From positions 4,053-68,052 of the forward strand of contig JAHLWZ010000761.1 of the NCBI GenBank assembly GCA_020536535.1: DNA of 64,000 nt. Direction: 5' to 3'. Positions 49,071 through 61,483 of the stretch are shown here, piece by piece (within the stretch, counting starts at the first letter, position 1; each line of letters opens with the position of its first letter). A program made the position numbers and the translations under genes. The stretch is from Pelomyxa schiedti. Lineage: Eukaryota > Protista > Evosea. The notes under the pieces are model-generated. The model searched no databases, had not been told where the DNA came from, and was given only the letters and a program-made list of their open reading frames with translations.

Positions 49071-51248
49071 TTACAGAGCACCAACAAGTACTGTGATATT
49101 GTCTGTGCATTTTGGGTGTCTTAGAGCAGTTGATATTACAGTAGATGCCATTTCTCGTGCATCAGTCACGCCCCTCAGCACATCGCATACATCTTGTCCA
49201 CTCATCACATCCCAGAGCTTAGTGCAAGTGTAAGAGTAGGTGTCTAAAAGGAAGAAAGAGAGCACACCCCATCACTGGCTACAATAACAAACTGATGCTC
49301 GGAATTCAAGCACATGGGGGGGCTAATATGGGGTTCCGATATCTGTGGATATTTTCAGAAAATGACGAGTTGAATTGAAGCTTGTTTACAATGCCTAAGC
49401 CTTCCCGTTTCATGAAGTGTGTACCCAGGGCACGTGCAACTTTGTTCACTGTTAGTTTTTTCCTGTATCATTGTTGTGGCAGTTCACCTGCTACACAGCC
49501 AGAGATTCTGGTCTGATGGGGTTCAAAATCTTTTGCAGTTTTTACAAGCCGCTCGTTTTCTTCTGGCGCAGTCACTGGGGGAAAAAAGTGTCAGTTTCCC
49601 AATGTTAAAGAATAGGAACCTTTGTGATCAAAGGTCAGCTCAACAGAAACACCTCCCTGACTGTGGAAATTAATTATAGTTTATACTTCACACTTGAAGA
49701 AGAATACCAAAGGAACGCAGACGAATCACCCACATTGGCTAAAAAGTAAATAAGAATTGAGGGAACTTGGAAAATATTGTATTAAGCAGAGGAAAAAACC
49801 TGCTTGCAAATAACGTCGCCCTTCATAACGCCAAATAATGACCACAGAACAAGTACAGCCCTCATATTCCATATCTGAGAGTTGCTGGTCAACCTACAAA
49901 ACAATGTGTTGATTTCGAGAAATGGCAAAGGAAAAAAAAGATACCTCAGAGAAACACTTAGTGAGAATATCACTGTAATCAGGTTTCGGTGAGTCACTAG
50001 TAATCATTGTGTGCAGGTGCTAGTGATAGGTTTGTGATACATTTGTTGTTTTTTTGTGGGAGGCAAACTGGAGCAAATTTGGCCTTGGCTGCAAGGGAGG
50101 CGCCGGTTCCTGTTTTAGTGTCAGATAGAACCAGGTTTTTAAAATTTGGCTGCCTGCAAATCCATCAAAAACACCAAGAAAAGCGAGGTCAGAATTTCCT
50201 TGCCAGGGGAATTCAAAGTAGTGCATATCCTGCCAAATTAAGAATTTAAAAGAAATAATAATCACAACCTCCATTTCGAGTTTTCCAGAGGGAAATGTTG
50301 GTTTCTTCTTTTGCTTTTTTAATCCAGCTAGGTTCATGTTCTCACAGCAATGAATAGTTTTCAAAAGTGGACAATTGGGGTCCTTGCTGGGGGTAAGGGT
50401 GAAGGAAGTCTAAAAAAAAGGGGTAACCTCTGCAGAGGGAATTGTAAACTGAACAAGTGAAGTTTCAGTGGAGCTGACAGAGGGGAGTGTCACATCCTGC
50501 ACATAGTGTCACAGTGGTTGAGTTTGGGATGGCTGTACCAGACCAGCGGCTAAATCCGCCAGATTCAAAGATTCAACATCCAACTTGACTTTATCCTGGG
50601 ACTGTGCTACAACTTTATTTGAGCAAACTCAGCAGGGTGGTTGTAGTTTTTCCGCATTAACATACATGGGTCAGAAACTGGCAAAATCAGACCGCCCCCA
50701 GCCGTCGTGGTGGTAGCAGTACTTTGCAGTTGTTGCAACTGCTGTGCCATTTGGATTTGCTGCAGTTGCATTTGGATTTGGTTCGTCAGCAGCCTATTTT
50801 CAGCCCGCGACTGCTCCAGCTGCTCGCGCGCGGCTCTGAGGTCCTCCAGCGCCCCCCTCAGCGTCGCCTCGCGGTCGCGCAGCTCCCGCGTGGCCCGGTC
50901 GCGCTCGCCCGCCGCGCCGTCGCGCTCCCTGGCCGCCGCCTCGCACGCGGGGCACCCACCCGCCTGCGCCTTCTTCAGCTCCGCCGTCGCCGCGTCGCGG
51001 TCGCGGGCGAGCCCCGCGGCGCGCTCCCTCGCGGCTTCCGCCTCGGCGCGCAGCTGCTCCACGTGGGCCTCGCTGTGGGCCAGCCGCTCCCGCAGGCTCT
51101 GGATCTCCGCCGCCGCGGCCTCCTCCCCGGCCGCTGGCCTCCCGCGCCCATCGCTCTCCATCGGCCCCGACGCCTCCGGGGGCGACCGCAGCAGCGGCTT
51201 CGCTTCGCTCGTCGGCTCCGACGCCCACGTCGAGCACCACCCCCCCAT
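49071..51248 (-). CDS. PP2C/PPM phosphatase with N-terminal coiled coil and probable myristoylation (MGGWC)
   Basis: KLEMED, FLGVFDGFAG, VARALGT, FVIVASDG|LWDVM and CTDNITVL. The first exon encodes a long Ala/Glu/Arg coiled coil. Confidence 0.8.
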
Positions 51249-51521
51249 CACCGATCCGTCTTTTTTTTTCTTCTGACGAAACTTTCTACGGTGTGTTTTT
51301 TTTAGCTTCAATCTTCCCTCAACCCTCAGGACCAGGACGTAGATGCCTTTCCCAGCAGTGGGCTACTTCGGCTCTTGTGCGGAAGAACCATCACTAAGAC
51401 TCAGATTCCAGCAAATGGCTGAATAAAATAATCAACGGACCGGAACGCTGAAATTTTCCTTCTCGTCGCACAGGATCGGCCTGGTGTTTTATTTATTCAG
51501 CCAAATACCTGATCAAATCAA

Positions 51522-52970
51522 ATGGCTAGCGCTCCGTTGGTTACTGTCGTACACGAAGTGGTTGTGCTGGACCAAACGCCCAGCGACGGCCGTTGTAGCC
51601 TCGTGGCCACCCACAACCTCGACATCCCCATTCGCGATGCCCTCCGTGCCCATGCTACTTCCACGCTCTCCCCAACAAGTGCCACAACCACAACCACAAC
51701 CACTACGTCCGCTGCGTCTCCTCCGCCGCCCGCCAGTGCGGCCAGGGACATCAACAAGTCCGCCACGGCGCCGGTCAACTGCCCGGGCCTCGCGCTGCTC
51801 GTGCTCCTGGACCCCGTGGGCGACGCCTCGCTCAGCCTCAACGAGAACAGCGACCCCGCGGTGCGCGAGGACCTCGCCACGGCCGCGTGCCGCCGCTGCC
51901 CCCACGAGCCCGCCCGCGCGGTCACCTTCGGCTCGTCCTCCCTGCTGCTCCCCCTCGACACGGGCGGCCACCTCAGCCTCGGCACGTGGCAGGGCCTCTA
52001 CCTCTGCGACTGGTCGCCGTCGTACAGCCCCGCGCGCCGCCGCCGCTTCACCCTCGGCGTCACCGTGGTCACCTCCCCCGCGTGCTCGCTGACCAAGGCC
52101 CTCTTCAAGCCGCCGTCGCGCGGCCACCACTCGCTCGTGCCCGCCGCCTCGCGCGTCCTGCGCAGCGCCGCCGACAAGGCCGAGCCGCCCGGCTCGGTCG
52201 CCGCGCCCGACGGCCTGGCCTGCGTCATGGTGCGGCACTGCAGCGCCTCGGTGTCCCACGTCGAGGACCGCGAGGTCGCCGCGCAGCTCGAGCCGGCGCT
52301 CGGCGTCGTGGTCCCCGACGCGTGGAGCGGCAAGCACTTTGAGCACACGTACGAGGGCTGGGACGACATGCCCGGCCACGCCAAGAACGCGCTCATGGGG
52401 GGCCCCTGCGCCCTGCTGCCGTGCTCCCCCGGCCGCCGCCTGATGCTCGACGACCGCGAGGACGTGGTGCTGGGCGAGCACCGCGACGACTGGGGCAGCG
52501 GCGGCCGCAACATCTCCGTGACCCACCTGCCTGGCTGCTTCAGGGCCGCCCAGCCGCTCAGCATCCCGGGCGGGGGCTCGCCCGTGGCCAAGGTCCCCGC
52601 GGCCGCCCTGAGCCCGGGCGGGTCGACCCTTACCTCTGGGTTCGTGATAGCCAGGGGCCCCAGCATGTGCTTCTTCGTGGTGGTGCCGCCCTCTGTCGAC
52701 GCCGCGGAGCTTCACGCGCAGCTGCTCTCGCAGAGGTGCACCAGCGACGAGTACCTTGCTGCAAAGTGGCGCAGCAGCGGCCGCCCTCAGCCGCACCTGG
52801 GCCCCATCCTGCGCTCTCTCGTGTTTGGCCGCGGCCGCAGTATCACGCTGGCGGTGCGGGACTCGGCATTGTGGGTTCCAGCTCAGTCCTCAGTCTGTAT
52901 ATTCAGCGCTGTGGAAAACACACCCCTCCCTGACCAAGTCCCAATCTCCCTCATGTGGTTCGGCATTTGA
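51522..52970 (+). CDS. Intronless protein with three tandem YjbQ/UPF0047-like repeats
   Basis: Repeat 1: SLSLNENSDPAVREDL...GHLSLGTWQGLYLCDW. Repeat 2: VRHCSASV...FEHTYEGWDDMPGHAKNALMG. Repeat 3 is degenerate: HLGPILRSLVFGRGRSITLAVRDSALWV. Confidence 0.8.
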   Translation: MASAPLVTVVHEVVVLDQTPSDGRCSLVATHNLDIPIRDALRAHATSTLSPTSATTTTTTTTSAASPPPPASAARDINKSATAPVNCPGLALLVLLDPVGDASLSLNENSDPAVREDLATAACRRCPHEPARAVTFGSSSLLLPLDTGGHLSLGTWQGLYLCDWSPSYSPARRRRFTLGVTVVTSPACSLTKALFKPPSRGHHSLVPAASRVLRSAADKAEPPGSVAAPDGLACVMVRHCSASVSHVEDREVAAQLEPALGVVVPDAWSGKHFEHTYEGWDDMPGHAKNALMGGPCALLPCSPGRRLMLDDREDVVLGEHRDDWGSGGRNISVTHLPGCFRAAQPLSIPGGGSPVAKVPAAALSPGGSTLTSGFVIARGPSMCFFVVVPPSVDAAELHAQLLSQRCTSDEYLAAKWRSSGRPQPHLGPILRSLVFGRGRSITLAVRDSALWVPAQSSVCIFSAVENTPLPDQVPISLMWFGI

Positions 52971-53064
52971 GAAAAATGTGGCCCCATCCCTTTCCCAGAA
53001 ACATTCAAAAAAAAGTTACACAACAGTTAGACAACAAAACCCTTTTTTTTTTCTGTTTGCCGCC

Positions 53065-54479
53065 ATGTCTTGTCATTCTGGTTTAGAGAACAAAGTACTG
53101 TATTGGCTGACACTGTCGTCCCACAAGTGTGACACTGCACCCCAAACCACTTGCAAGTCCGGTACACAAAGCGCAGCTGCCACAACAACAAGCACAGCAA
53201 CGAGCGGCACATCTGCATCTACGGCGTCATCGTCCAGAGACGAATCTCCCTTGTCCGACTTGGAGTGCCAGATGTACGACACGCAAATCTTTTTTTTCCC
53301 CCGCCTTTGAGCACCCACAATGTTGCTCTCACTGGCTCATTTGTCCCAAAAAAACCCCACTTAAAAACACCAAGGCAAATGGAACCACTTATTAACGAAC
53401 TGGCTGGTATAATCAAAGCCGGGCGTCCTGTACTCTTCGTAACTGGTTACAACATAAATACTTTCTATTCACATTTTCCCCCCTTTTAACTGGAAAAGGT
53501 GCCGGGCTCTCTGTTGCTTCTGGAATACGCACTTACAGAGGAGAGAAAGGTGTATGGGATGAATACGTTACTTCTGTGCGGTTTTTGTTTTATTTTAATG
53601 CTACTTTTTCACATTTTGCAGTGGGGGACAACAAAGAAGTTCGCTCAAAACCCCGATATTTGGTGGAATTCATTCTGGTTAAAAACTCACCAGTGCCCTG
53701 CATTCATGGAAGCAGAGCCAAATCCTGCACACTTGGCCATTAGGGATATCATCAACAGACACCCGGCTGTATCGCTTATCACCCAGGTATATTATTCTAA
53801 ACTTTCATGCTATACTCTCAGCATACAAGAACATTGATAGGCTCCATTTGAAGTCCGGGGTACCAATTAGTAAGCACATTGAGATACACGGTGCCCTGGG
53901 GCAGTATAGATGCACCAATGGGTAATTTTTAATTAGAGGGCCAACGGGTGGTCTGCGCACATACAGCACTAAAACTCAACACACCAAAAGATTGAAAAAG
54001 GGAAGCCCTTCTCCTTGCATATACACGCACAAGGAACTGCACCCACCCATCACGCTTGAGACTACTCCTTCTGGAGACATAGTTCCACCTAAATGCTGTG
54101 TGTACCTACTTCGATTTATTGTGTATTGGGATGCCCGTAACATTGAACTATTACCAACCCGCTCCAAAAAAAAAAAAAAACAGGCAAATGCCAATCCCCA
54201 CTCCTCCCTTTTGCGCTCTTTTTCGACGAAGCCTACAAAGTGCACTGCCAATTCCGGTATGAGGAGGCCCTATCATGGATGGATAATGCCGAAGCCATGG
54301 TATTTGTGGGCACCAGTCTCAGTGTTGGAATCACGCACACGGCACTACTCTTTGCCCACGGGACAAAGTGCCCTCTGTTCTTCTTCAACACTGACACAAT
54401 GTCTGGACTCCCCACACGGACCGTTAAAGGTCCCTGTACAGAGACTTTGGCCCTGCTCAATGCCAGAACACAGCCCTAA
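53065..54479 (+). CDS. Sir2-family NAD-dependent deacylase
   Basis: LFVTG|[26 protein letters not shown]|NIDRLH, EIHGAL and VFVGTSLSV. Alternative start at ATG 53379. Confidence 0.92.
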
Positions 54480-54566
54480 TTAAATTTGAAATACACCACC
54501 TAGATAACGAACGGTGATTTCAAAGAACAAAAAAGAAACAGCGAAAAAAAAAAGAATCGATCGAAG

Positions 54567-56956
54567 ATGCAAATTGATCCCGGCCGGTGGCTCGAGAGTC
54601 TCAAGACCACAATTGGGACCACGAATATTGTGCGTGTCCCATGTTGATGTGTCAAACGGAAACAAATTAAAACTCCCAACCCATGTTGAGGTGTCACAAA
54701 TTGGAGTGTGGCATCTTATTCACATTTTTTATTTATACAGGCGAGTGTGAGCGCCAAAGCCATCGGAGATCTGACCGAGAAGACCAAAGAACTTGGTTTG
54801 CAGGGTTTGGCTGCTACAAGGCAGGGTATAAACAGCTTGCAGGGCCTGGCTGAAAACGTGCGTGTGCAGAACCCAGTTTTACCCACCGTGGTGTACCAGC
54901 TCCAGGTACCCGAGATTTTTCCCTAATTTCTTCGCCTACCAACTTATAGGATGGAAGAAGGCTGAGAGTCAAAAAAGTCCTCTCCACAGGTAGACCATCC
55001 TTCTCTTTGGTCAAAGTAAATTACAATAAATGGACTGGGGCTTTTTTTTTGACTCTTTGCAAGCGGGACGATATGGAGAAATCTATTTGACTGAGGATGT
55101 TGATGCTCCCCAACGATTGAGTGTAGTGAAGGTCATGGCGCTACACTCCGGGAATATACAAGCTGTAAAAAATGAAATGGCTATGATGGTACTTCCGTAT
55201 TTACTTTGTGCCGTCTCTTATCACCTTTAAGAAACTAGCTTCTGGTCACAAAAATGTTATTGCATTCGAGGGATATTGCAATTCAGCTCACAGTGAGGCT
55301 GTCTTAGCCATTGAATATTGTTCTGGTTTGTTTTCTCTCTTTCAGACCATTACTCATAGCGCACATAGGAGGCTCGCTACTGGATTACCTCAATGAAAGA
55401 CTTCATAACCCCCCCAGAGCCTCGGAAGTGATGCAAATTTTCCTCAATATGTGTGAGGGTCTTGCACACATTCACTCCAAAGGGATAATCCACCGAGGTT
55501 TTGGCTTTTTATTCTTAGTTTAAAGCTCATCCTGCCTCAGACATAAAAATTGAGAATCTTCTTTTGCACTCCAGTGGGAATTGGAAAATAGGAGACTTTG
55601 GCAGTGCCACACAACAAATTATGCTAGCTACAACCGAGTCGCAGGTAAATTTGGTCTAACAACCAAACCTACCTGTAACATTGATAAGAGGGGAGTTTTT
55701 TCCGCAGATATTGATGCAAACACAACCATGGCATACAGGGCACCTGAAATGGTTGACTTGTACCGTAATCAGGCTATTTCCTCAAAAGCGGACGTTTGGG
55801 TACCTTCAATTTAGAAAGGATTTCTCTTACCCTAGAAGGCGGTTGGCTGCGCACTCTATAAAATGCTTTTCCTTGTCGATGCATTTGATCAGGGAAAACT
55901 CCAAATATTGAATTGCAAATACTCATTCCCCAAATTCCACAACCACCCTCAACCCATAGTTGACCTAATACGTGAGTTTTCTGCAAATTGGCCTTCATTA
56001 ACAAATATAGCGTTCATCCTTAATCCCGATCCCGACCGTAGGCCCTCGATCAATGATGTTATACAACGCGTCGCATCAGTGCTCTCCATCCCTTGTCCTG
56101 TTTTGGTGTGTACTTGTGATTGGGTTATGGGAAGTGAGAGGCTACGTGAAGCAAGAACACTCACAAAGTAACAGAGTGCTCAAAATACCCAAACACCTCA
56201 AGTTCACAGTGAGGAACCCGTAATTGTAACAACTGGAGGGACAACTACAGTAAAAAACAACCAACCTACAGCCAGTGTGCTGGATTCCTTGTGGATTGAC
56301 GATGGCAACGACAGGTCTTCCAACACCACGCCAAGTCCACCAAATGAACCCGTGCATCACTCCCCACCGCCACAACCACGAGTACAACAAACTCAACCTC
56401 AGCAAGGATGGGCCAGCTTCGAAGCTTTCAGCAACACCTCTCCTTCCCCCAGTACCGAACTCCAGAGTGCATCACCAAAACCAAAAGACATGCTCGTGTG
56501 GGATGATGATTTCGGGAAATCCCCAAGTACCAGCCCCGCAAACGTTCCCACAGGCAACTCTTTACAACGAGCCAAGTCTCCCCTTGGTATCCACTATCTC
56601 TTACATCTTTTCATTACCTGACCATTTTCCTAGCCTCAGCTGAAAACACCCCAAAGACGTCGACGAGCTCCGACTTTTGGTCTATGGAGAAGAGTACCTC
56701 CGGAAGTTCCTCGCCACAGGTGTCCACCCCAACTCCACCCCTCTCACGGTCCCCCATCCTGCCGCCGCCCTCCGCGTCCCCCAAGCCCTCTCCATCCCCA
56801 ACCCCTGCCTCAACTACACCCTCTAATGCTGCTACCTCTACCCCTCCAGCATCTGAAAGCGTTTTTGACTTGCTTGGCCTCAACAAGCCCGCTCCATCGC
56901 CCTCATCTCTGTTGCCAACCAACCAACCCAAACGGGACCTCCTTGATTGGGACTGA
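54567..56956 (+). CDS. NAK-family (AAK1/BIKE/Ark1-like) Ser/Thr kinase
   Basis: IIHR|DIKIENLL...KIGDFGSAT, TTMAYRAPEMVDLYRNQAISSKADVW. Tail with endocytic-type motifs (WASF, WDDDF, DLLGL, DLLDWD). Confidence 0.9.
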
Positions 56957-57057
56957 TTCAACTCCCCCTTTCACAGTGTCACTTCGATCATCACCCAGTG
57001 TAATAAACACCAAAAGGTTTTCCATCCAAACCGTAACAACGAATTTCTCAACCGCAC

Positions 57058-58639
57058 ATGGTCAACACCGCCACTCGGATAAATTACCGCTTTTATTGTG
57101 CTTGTGCGGTAGCCACAGCAGTCCTTCTTGGTGTCATTCTCGACACTATGTTGCTACACCGAAACAAACACCTTCAAAATGAAGCACAGACTCAGGGGCA
57201 GCACAAAGAAAACACCAGGGTATTGAAGAACGCGGCTGAGTTGGAAACATTTATCAATGAGGGAGACTGCGAGGCGGCTTACAATGATGGGAGTCGCTAT
57301 GCTGTGGTGATGTTTTGTCCAACTTTGGGAAAGGACTCTATCAGGGATTCCTTCTGGAAAACTGCACGAGTAAGGCAAAGTGTCAATATTTAAAGGGAGA
57401 TATTGGATTGGAGCAAATATCATTTTTGTGACAGGGAATGTAGGCATGGAATCAAGTACAAATTAGATTTGCTGTTTACGATATTTCTCGCAGCCGAATG
57501 TCTGTCTCCAAATATGCTTTGACACAAAGTTACACTGTGAAGGTGTTTAAGTACGGTCTTATGCTTTGATGGGAACAAAGGTTTCAATATCAACCAATAA
57601 CCAACTAGGTGTGGCTTGCTTTTATACGATATCCCTTTCTCTACTCCCGCATACCTCTCTCATTTCTTATCCATGTAAGGCCTTTCTCCCTTCCTGCATA
57701 ATACTGCAAGCCGATTCCTGATTGCCTTGGCATTACAGGGTTGTGTTTGTTGTACCAGCAAGACTTAGCAAATTGGCGGATTTGGAAACCTTACAAGAGT
57801 TGTTTGGCTCTGTTATAGTGGCTGTCGTGCCCCAAGAAGACAAAGAATGTGTGTCCTTATTCTAAAACTGGAATTCTTACCCACTTGGAATTTCCAAGTT
57901 GCTTTACAGTTCAATGAAACAGCCCGGAAGGTTCATACTACTACTCCAGATGTTGGATTTGCGTATATCGAAGCCCTCGCACCAACGCCCGCCCTTGCAC
58001 ACTTGTTGTCATTGAATATATCCTCAGTTACAGTACTTCCTGGAAGCAAGGATGTCCCAAGGATATCACTTAATGTTCTCCAGCATAGACCTTCCGTGCA
58101 ATTACTCTGTAATTGGATTGGAGTCTATTCCATCTCTTTTTTTGTATGTTGTGCTTCTTTGTGGCTTGTTTTAACAATACACACAAAAACGCCAGAAATT
58201 CATTTTTACATGTTGCTATTTAAATCTACAAACAGGATCAAATAACTTCTGGCAATTACTTGCACTACAGTCCAACCTTGCAACCAATCGGAATTCTATA
58301 CCTGAATTTGGCTGCAGCCTCCAACATCACTGAAGGAGCCTTTGATGCCGTCGCGAACTTTGCACTGTCAATCCGAGAGAATACTCCCTTCTGCCCAGTT
58401 ATATTTGGCTGGGTGGATTCCAGCCGGTTTGTAATTTTCTCCCTCCCTCCATTCCCATTCAATCCTAATTCCCTCCCAAATAAAGCACCACAGGGTTCAG
58501 CCATTACCTTTTGAGGACTGGGTCGCAGGAGCATCTCCCACTCGCGGTGTTTGTTCTGGATGATGGGATAACTTGTCACAGTACGGTCGAATTTTCTGAA
58601 GAAGAATTGGGAGCCCTTTTCGGCCCCTATTGCAACTAA
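57058..58639 (+). CDS. Hypothetical type II membrane protein (multi-exon)
   Basis: Short N-terminus plus TM (FYCACAVATAVLLGVILDTMLL), a stem, then several exons with globular-looking sequence. Inferred stop TAA at 58637-58639. No family recognised. Confidence 0.5.
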
Positions 58640-59003
58640 GTCCTTTATTGCAAAAATAAAAAAAATTTTGTTGTTACAACTCTTTTGTATTGAATTCTGT
58701 TGTCTCTTTCATTATTGGGTGTATGGTGGTTTTGGGAGTCGGAAAGAATAATGGGACAGGTCAAATGTTCCCTTTGGCTAACGTCGTCGATCCGGAACAG
58801 GGGCTGATCAGATCAAGTTCCCAGCGGTTCTTCCGCAAATAATCCACCTTAGTGTCTCTCTTGGAGTGTCATTCCTCCCCCAGGCTATGTCGCAGTGCAA
58901 CAATTGCTCGTAAGAGAGGTACCCACTGAGACTGAGGTGGGTTCGCAATTTTGGCTAAATCTATGCGAGCAATGTGGTAATTCTCCGGGCCATTTCTATC
59001 TGG

Positions 59004-59013
59004 GACACGTGTC
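59004..59013. promoter_or_regulatory. Perfect palindrome GACACGTGTC (G-box/ACGT core) upstream of BiP
   Basis: A 10-bp palindrome about 120 bp 5' of the BiP ATG. ACGT cores are typical bZIP/bHLH sites. Function is inferred only. Confidence 0.35.
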
Positions 59014-59131
59014 AACCAAAAATAGTTCCTGTTCGGCTTTTAAAACGCCTCTTTCAGATTCGAATCTTATCATTCAATCAAGAAAATCAGAGGAAAAGAA
59101 CAACATAAAAACCCGGGAGACGACCACAAGG

Positions 59132-61483
59132 ATGAAGATCTGGGTGCTTATCGCGTTGTTGGCCTCCGTTGTCGTAGTACACGGGGCTGTTGAGGGTGAG
59201 AAAATAACCGGCCCAGTTATTGGTATTGACTTGGGAACCACGTTCAGTGTCGTTGGTTACTACAAGGTACAGCGTTGCTTTTTTTTTTTTCTTTATTCGC
59301 CACGTTTTTTTGCAACTCTTCTTACATTGTTTTCTGTTTAGCACGGAAAGGGTGTTGAAATCATAGCGAACGACCAAGGAAACCGAATTACACCATCTGT
59401 TGTTTCATTTTCTAATGACGAGATGTATGTGGCTGAAAACTGGGTTTACCTCCCTTACATTGATTTAGTCTGGTTGGAGAGGCCGCGAAGGCGCAGTTGG
59501 TGTTGAACCCTGAACAAACAGTCTTCGAAATCAAGCGTCTGATTGGTCGCGAGTGTGTAGCGCTTTTAACCTGGCTTCTTTAACTTAAACTTTAAACTAG
59601 GTGGAGCGATAAGGAAGTCCAAAGAGACCTTAAGTTGTTCCCCTACAAGATTATCAACCGTGACGAGAAGCCCTTCATCCAAGTCAAGTACAAGGGAGAG
59701 AACAAGGTGTACTCACCCGAGGAGATCTCTTCCATGATCTTGACAAAAATGAGGGATACTGCAGCAACATACCTCGGCAAGAAGATCGACAACGCCGTAA
59801 TTACTTGCCCTGCCTACTTCACTGATTCCCAGAGACAAGCAACTAAAGATGCTGGCAGAATCTCTGGCATGAATGTTCTCAGAGTTCTCAACGAGCCTAC
59901 CGCTGCAGGTTTCACTAACATAACGTTTCTATCCGTTCTAACTCTTACCAGCCCTCGCCTTTGGAATGAACAATGTTGTTGGTGAGAAGCGCATTCTTGT
60001 TTTCGATCTCGGTGGTGGCACATTCGATGTTTCTCTCCTCCTCATCGACGATGGCGTCTTTGAAGTGCTCGCAACAAATGGTGACACACATTTGGGTGGC
60101 AGTGACTTTGACCAGCGTCTGACTGAGTATGGTCTTGCCCAGTTTAAGCGCAAAACCGGCAAGGACGCCAGTATTGACAAGAGGGCTGTCCAAAGATTGA
60201 GGAAGGAGTCAGAGCGTGTTAAGATTGTCTTGTCCCAACAACACCAAGACAAGATGGAAATTGACAACTTCTTTGATGGTGAACCCCTTAGCCTCCAAAT
60301 GACCAGGTTTGTACTCCCTTCGCGATTTCCGTACTAATTCAATTTCAGAGCTCGGTTTGAGGAACTTAACATGGATCTGTTCAAGAGCACTCTTGGCCCA
60401 GTCAAGCAAGTCCTTGAGGATTCCAAGTTGAGAAAGGATCAAATTGATGAAGTTGTTTTGGTCGGTGGCTCCAGCAGAATTCCCAAGGTACAACAACTGC
60501 TCAAGGACTTCTTCAACGGCAAGGAGCCCAACAGAGGAGTCAATCCCGATGAGGCTATTGCGTATGTTTCTAACTGCGTTACATTTTCTTTTCTAATGGA
60601 CTCCCAGCTACGGTGCTGCCGTACAAGCAGGTATCCTCAGTGACGAGAAGGACGTTGAACAGATTGTCCTGGTAGACGTCACACCACTCACACTCGGCAT
60701 TGAGACTGTTGGTGGAGTCATGACAAAACTCATCCCCCGAGAGACCAAGATTCCAACCCGAAAGTCTCAGATCTTCACAACATACCAAGACCAGCAGGAG
60801 CGAGTCAGCATCCAGGTCTATGAGGGTGAGCGCGCTATGACCAAGGACAACCACTTGCTTGGCAAGTTCGATTTAACAGGCATCGCTCCCGCACCCCGTG
60901 GCACTCCTCAGATTGAAGTTACATTTGAAGTTGGTGAGTAGCTCGTACACAGGTGATCTTTCATCTAACGAACAATAGACGTCAATGGTATTCTGACTGT
61001 CACTGCCATGGATAAGGACAGCGGCAACAAAGAGTCAGTGGTTATTACCAGCGACAAGGGACGCCTCACTGAAGAACAGATTAAGAGAATGGTTGAAGAG
61101 GCCAAGGAACGAGAGGAAGAGGATCGCTTGGTATTTATTTATTTCTTTCTTATTACTTTGCTCACTTTTTCCCAAAGGTCAAGGAGAAAGTAGATGCCCG
61201 AAATCAGCTCGAGTCTTACGCCTATCAAGTCCGAAATGCGGTCAATGACGAGGAGGGACTGGCAGGAAAAATCACTGAGGAGGACAAGGAGGAAATCCTT
61301 GCGGCCGTCAATGAGACACTTGACTGGCTTGATGTTTCCCACGATCCTGCCAAGGAGGACTCTGATGAACAGTACAAGAAACTGGAGAAGGTTGTACAGC
61401 CAATCTTCTCCAAGTATGCTGGCAGTTCACAACCAGCCGGCGATTTTGGAGCTGAGGACATGCCATCCCACGACGAACTTTAA
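59132..61483 (+). CDS. HSPA5: ER Hsp70 chaperone BiP/GRP78
   Basis: Signal peptide [18 protein letters not shown]. Motifs [41 protein letters not shown] and [15 protein letters not shown]-terminal HDEL*. Confidence 0.98.

Noticed and set aside
51522-52970. Bacterial contamination or chimeric join at the YjbQ gene
   Set aside because: It sits seamlessly between intron-containing genes with host-like poly-T/A spacers and contains a host-style poly-Thr/Pro insert. Similar GC islands occur in clearly native genes.
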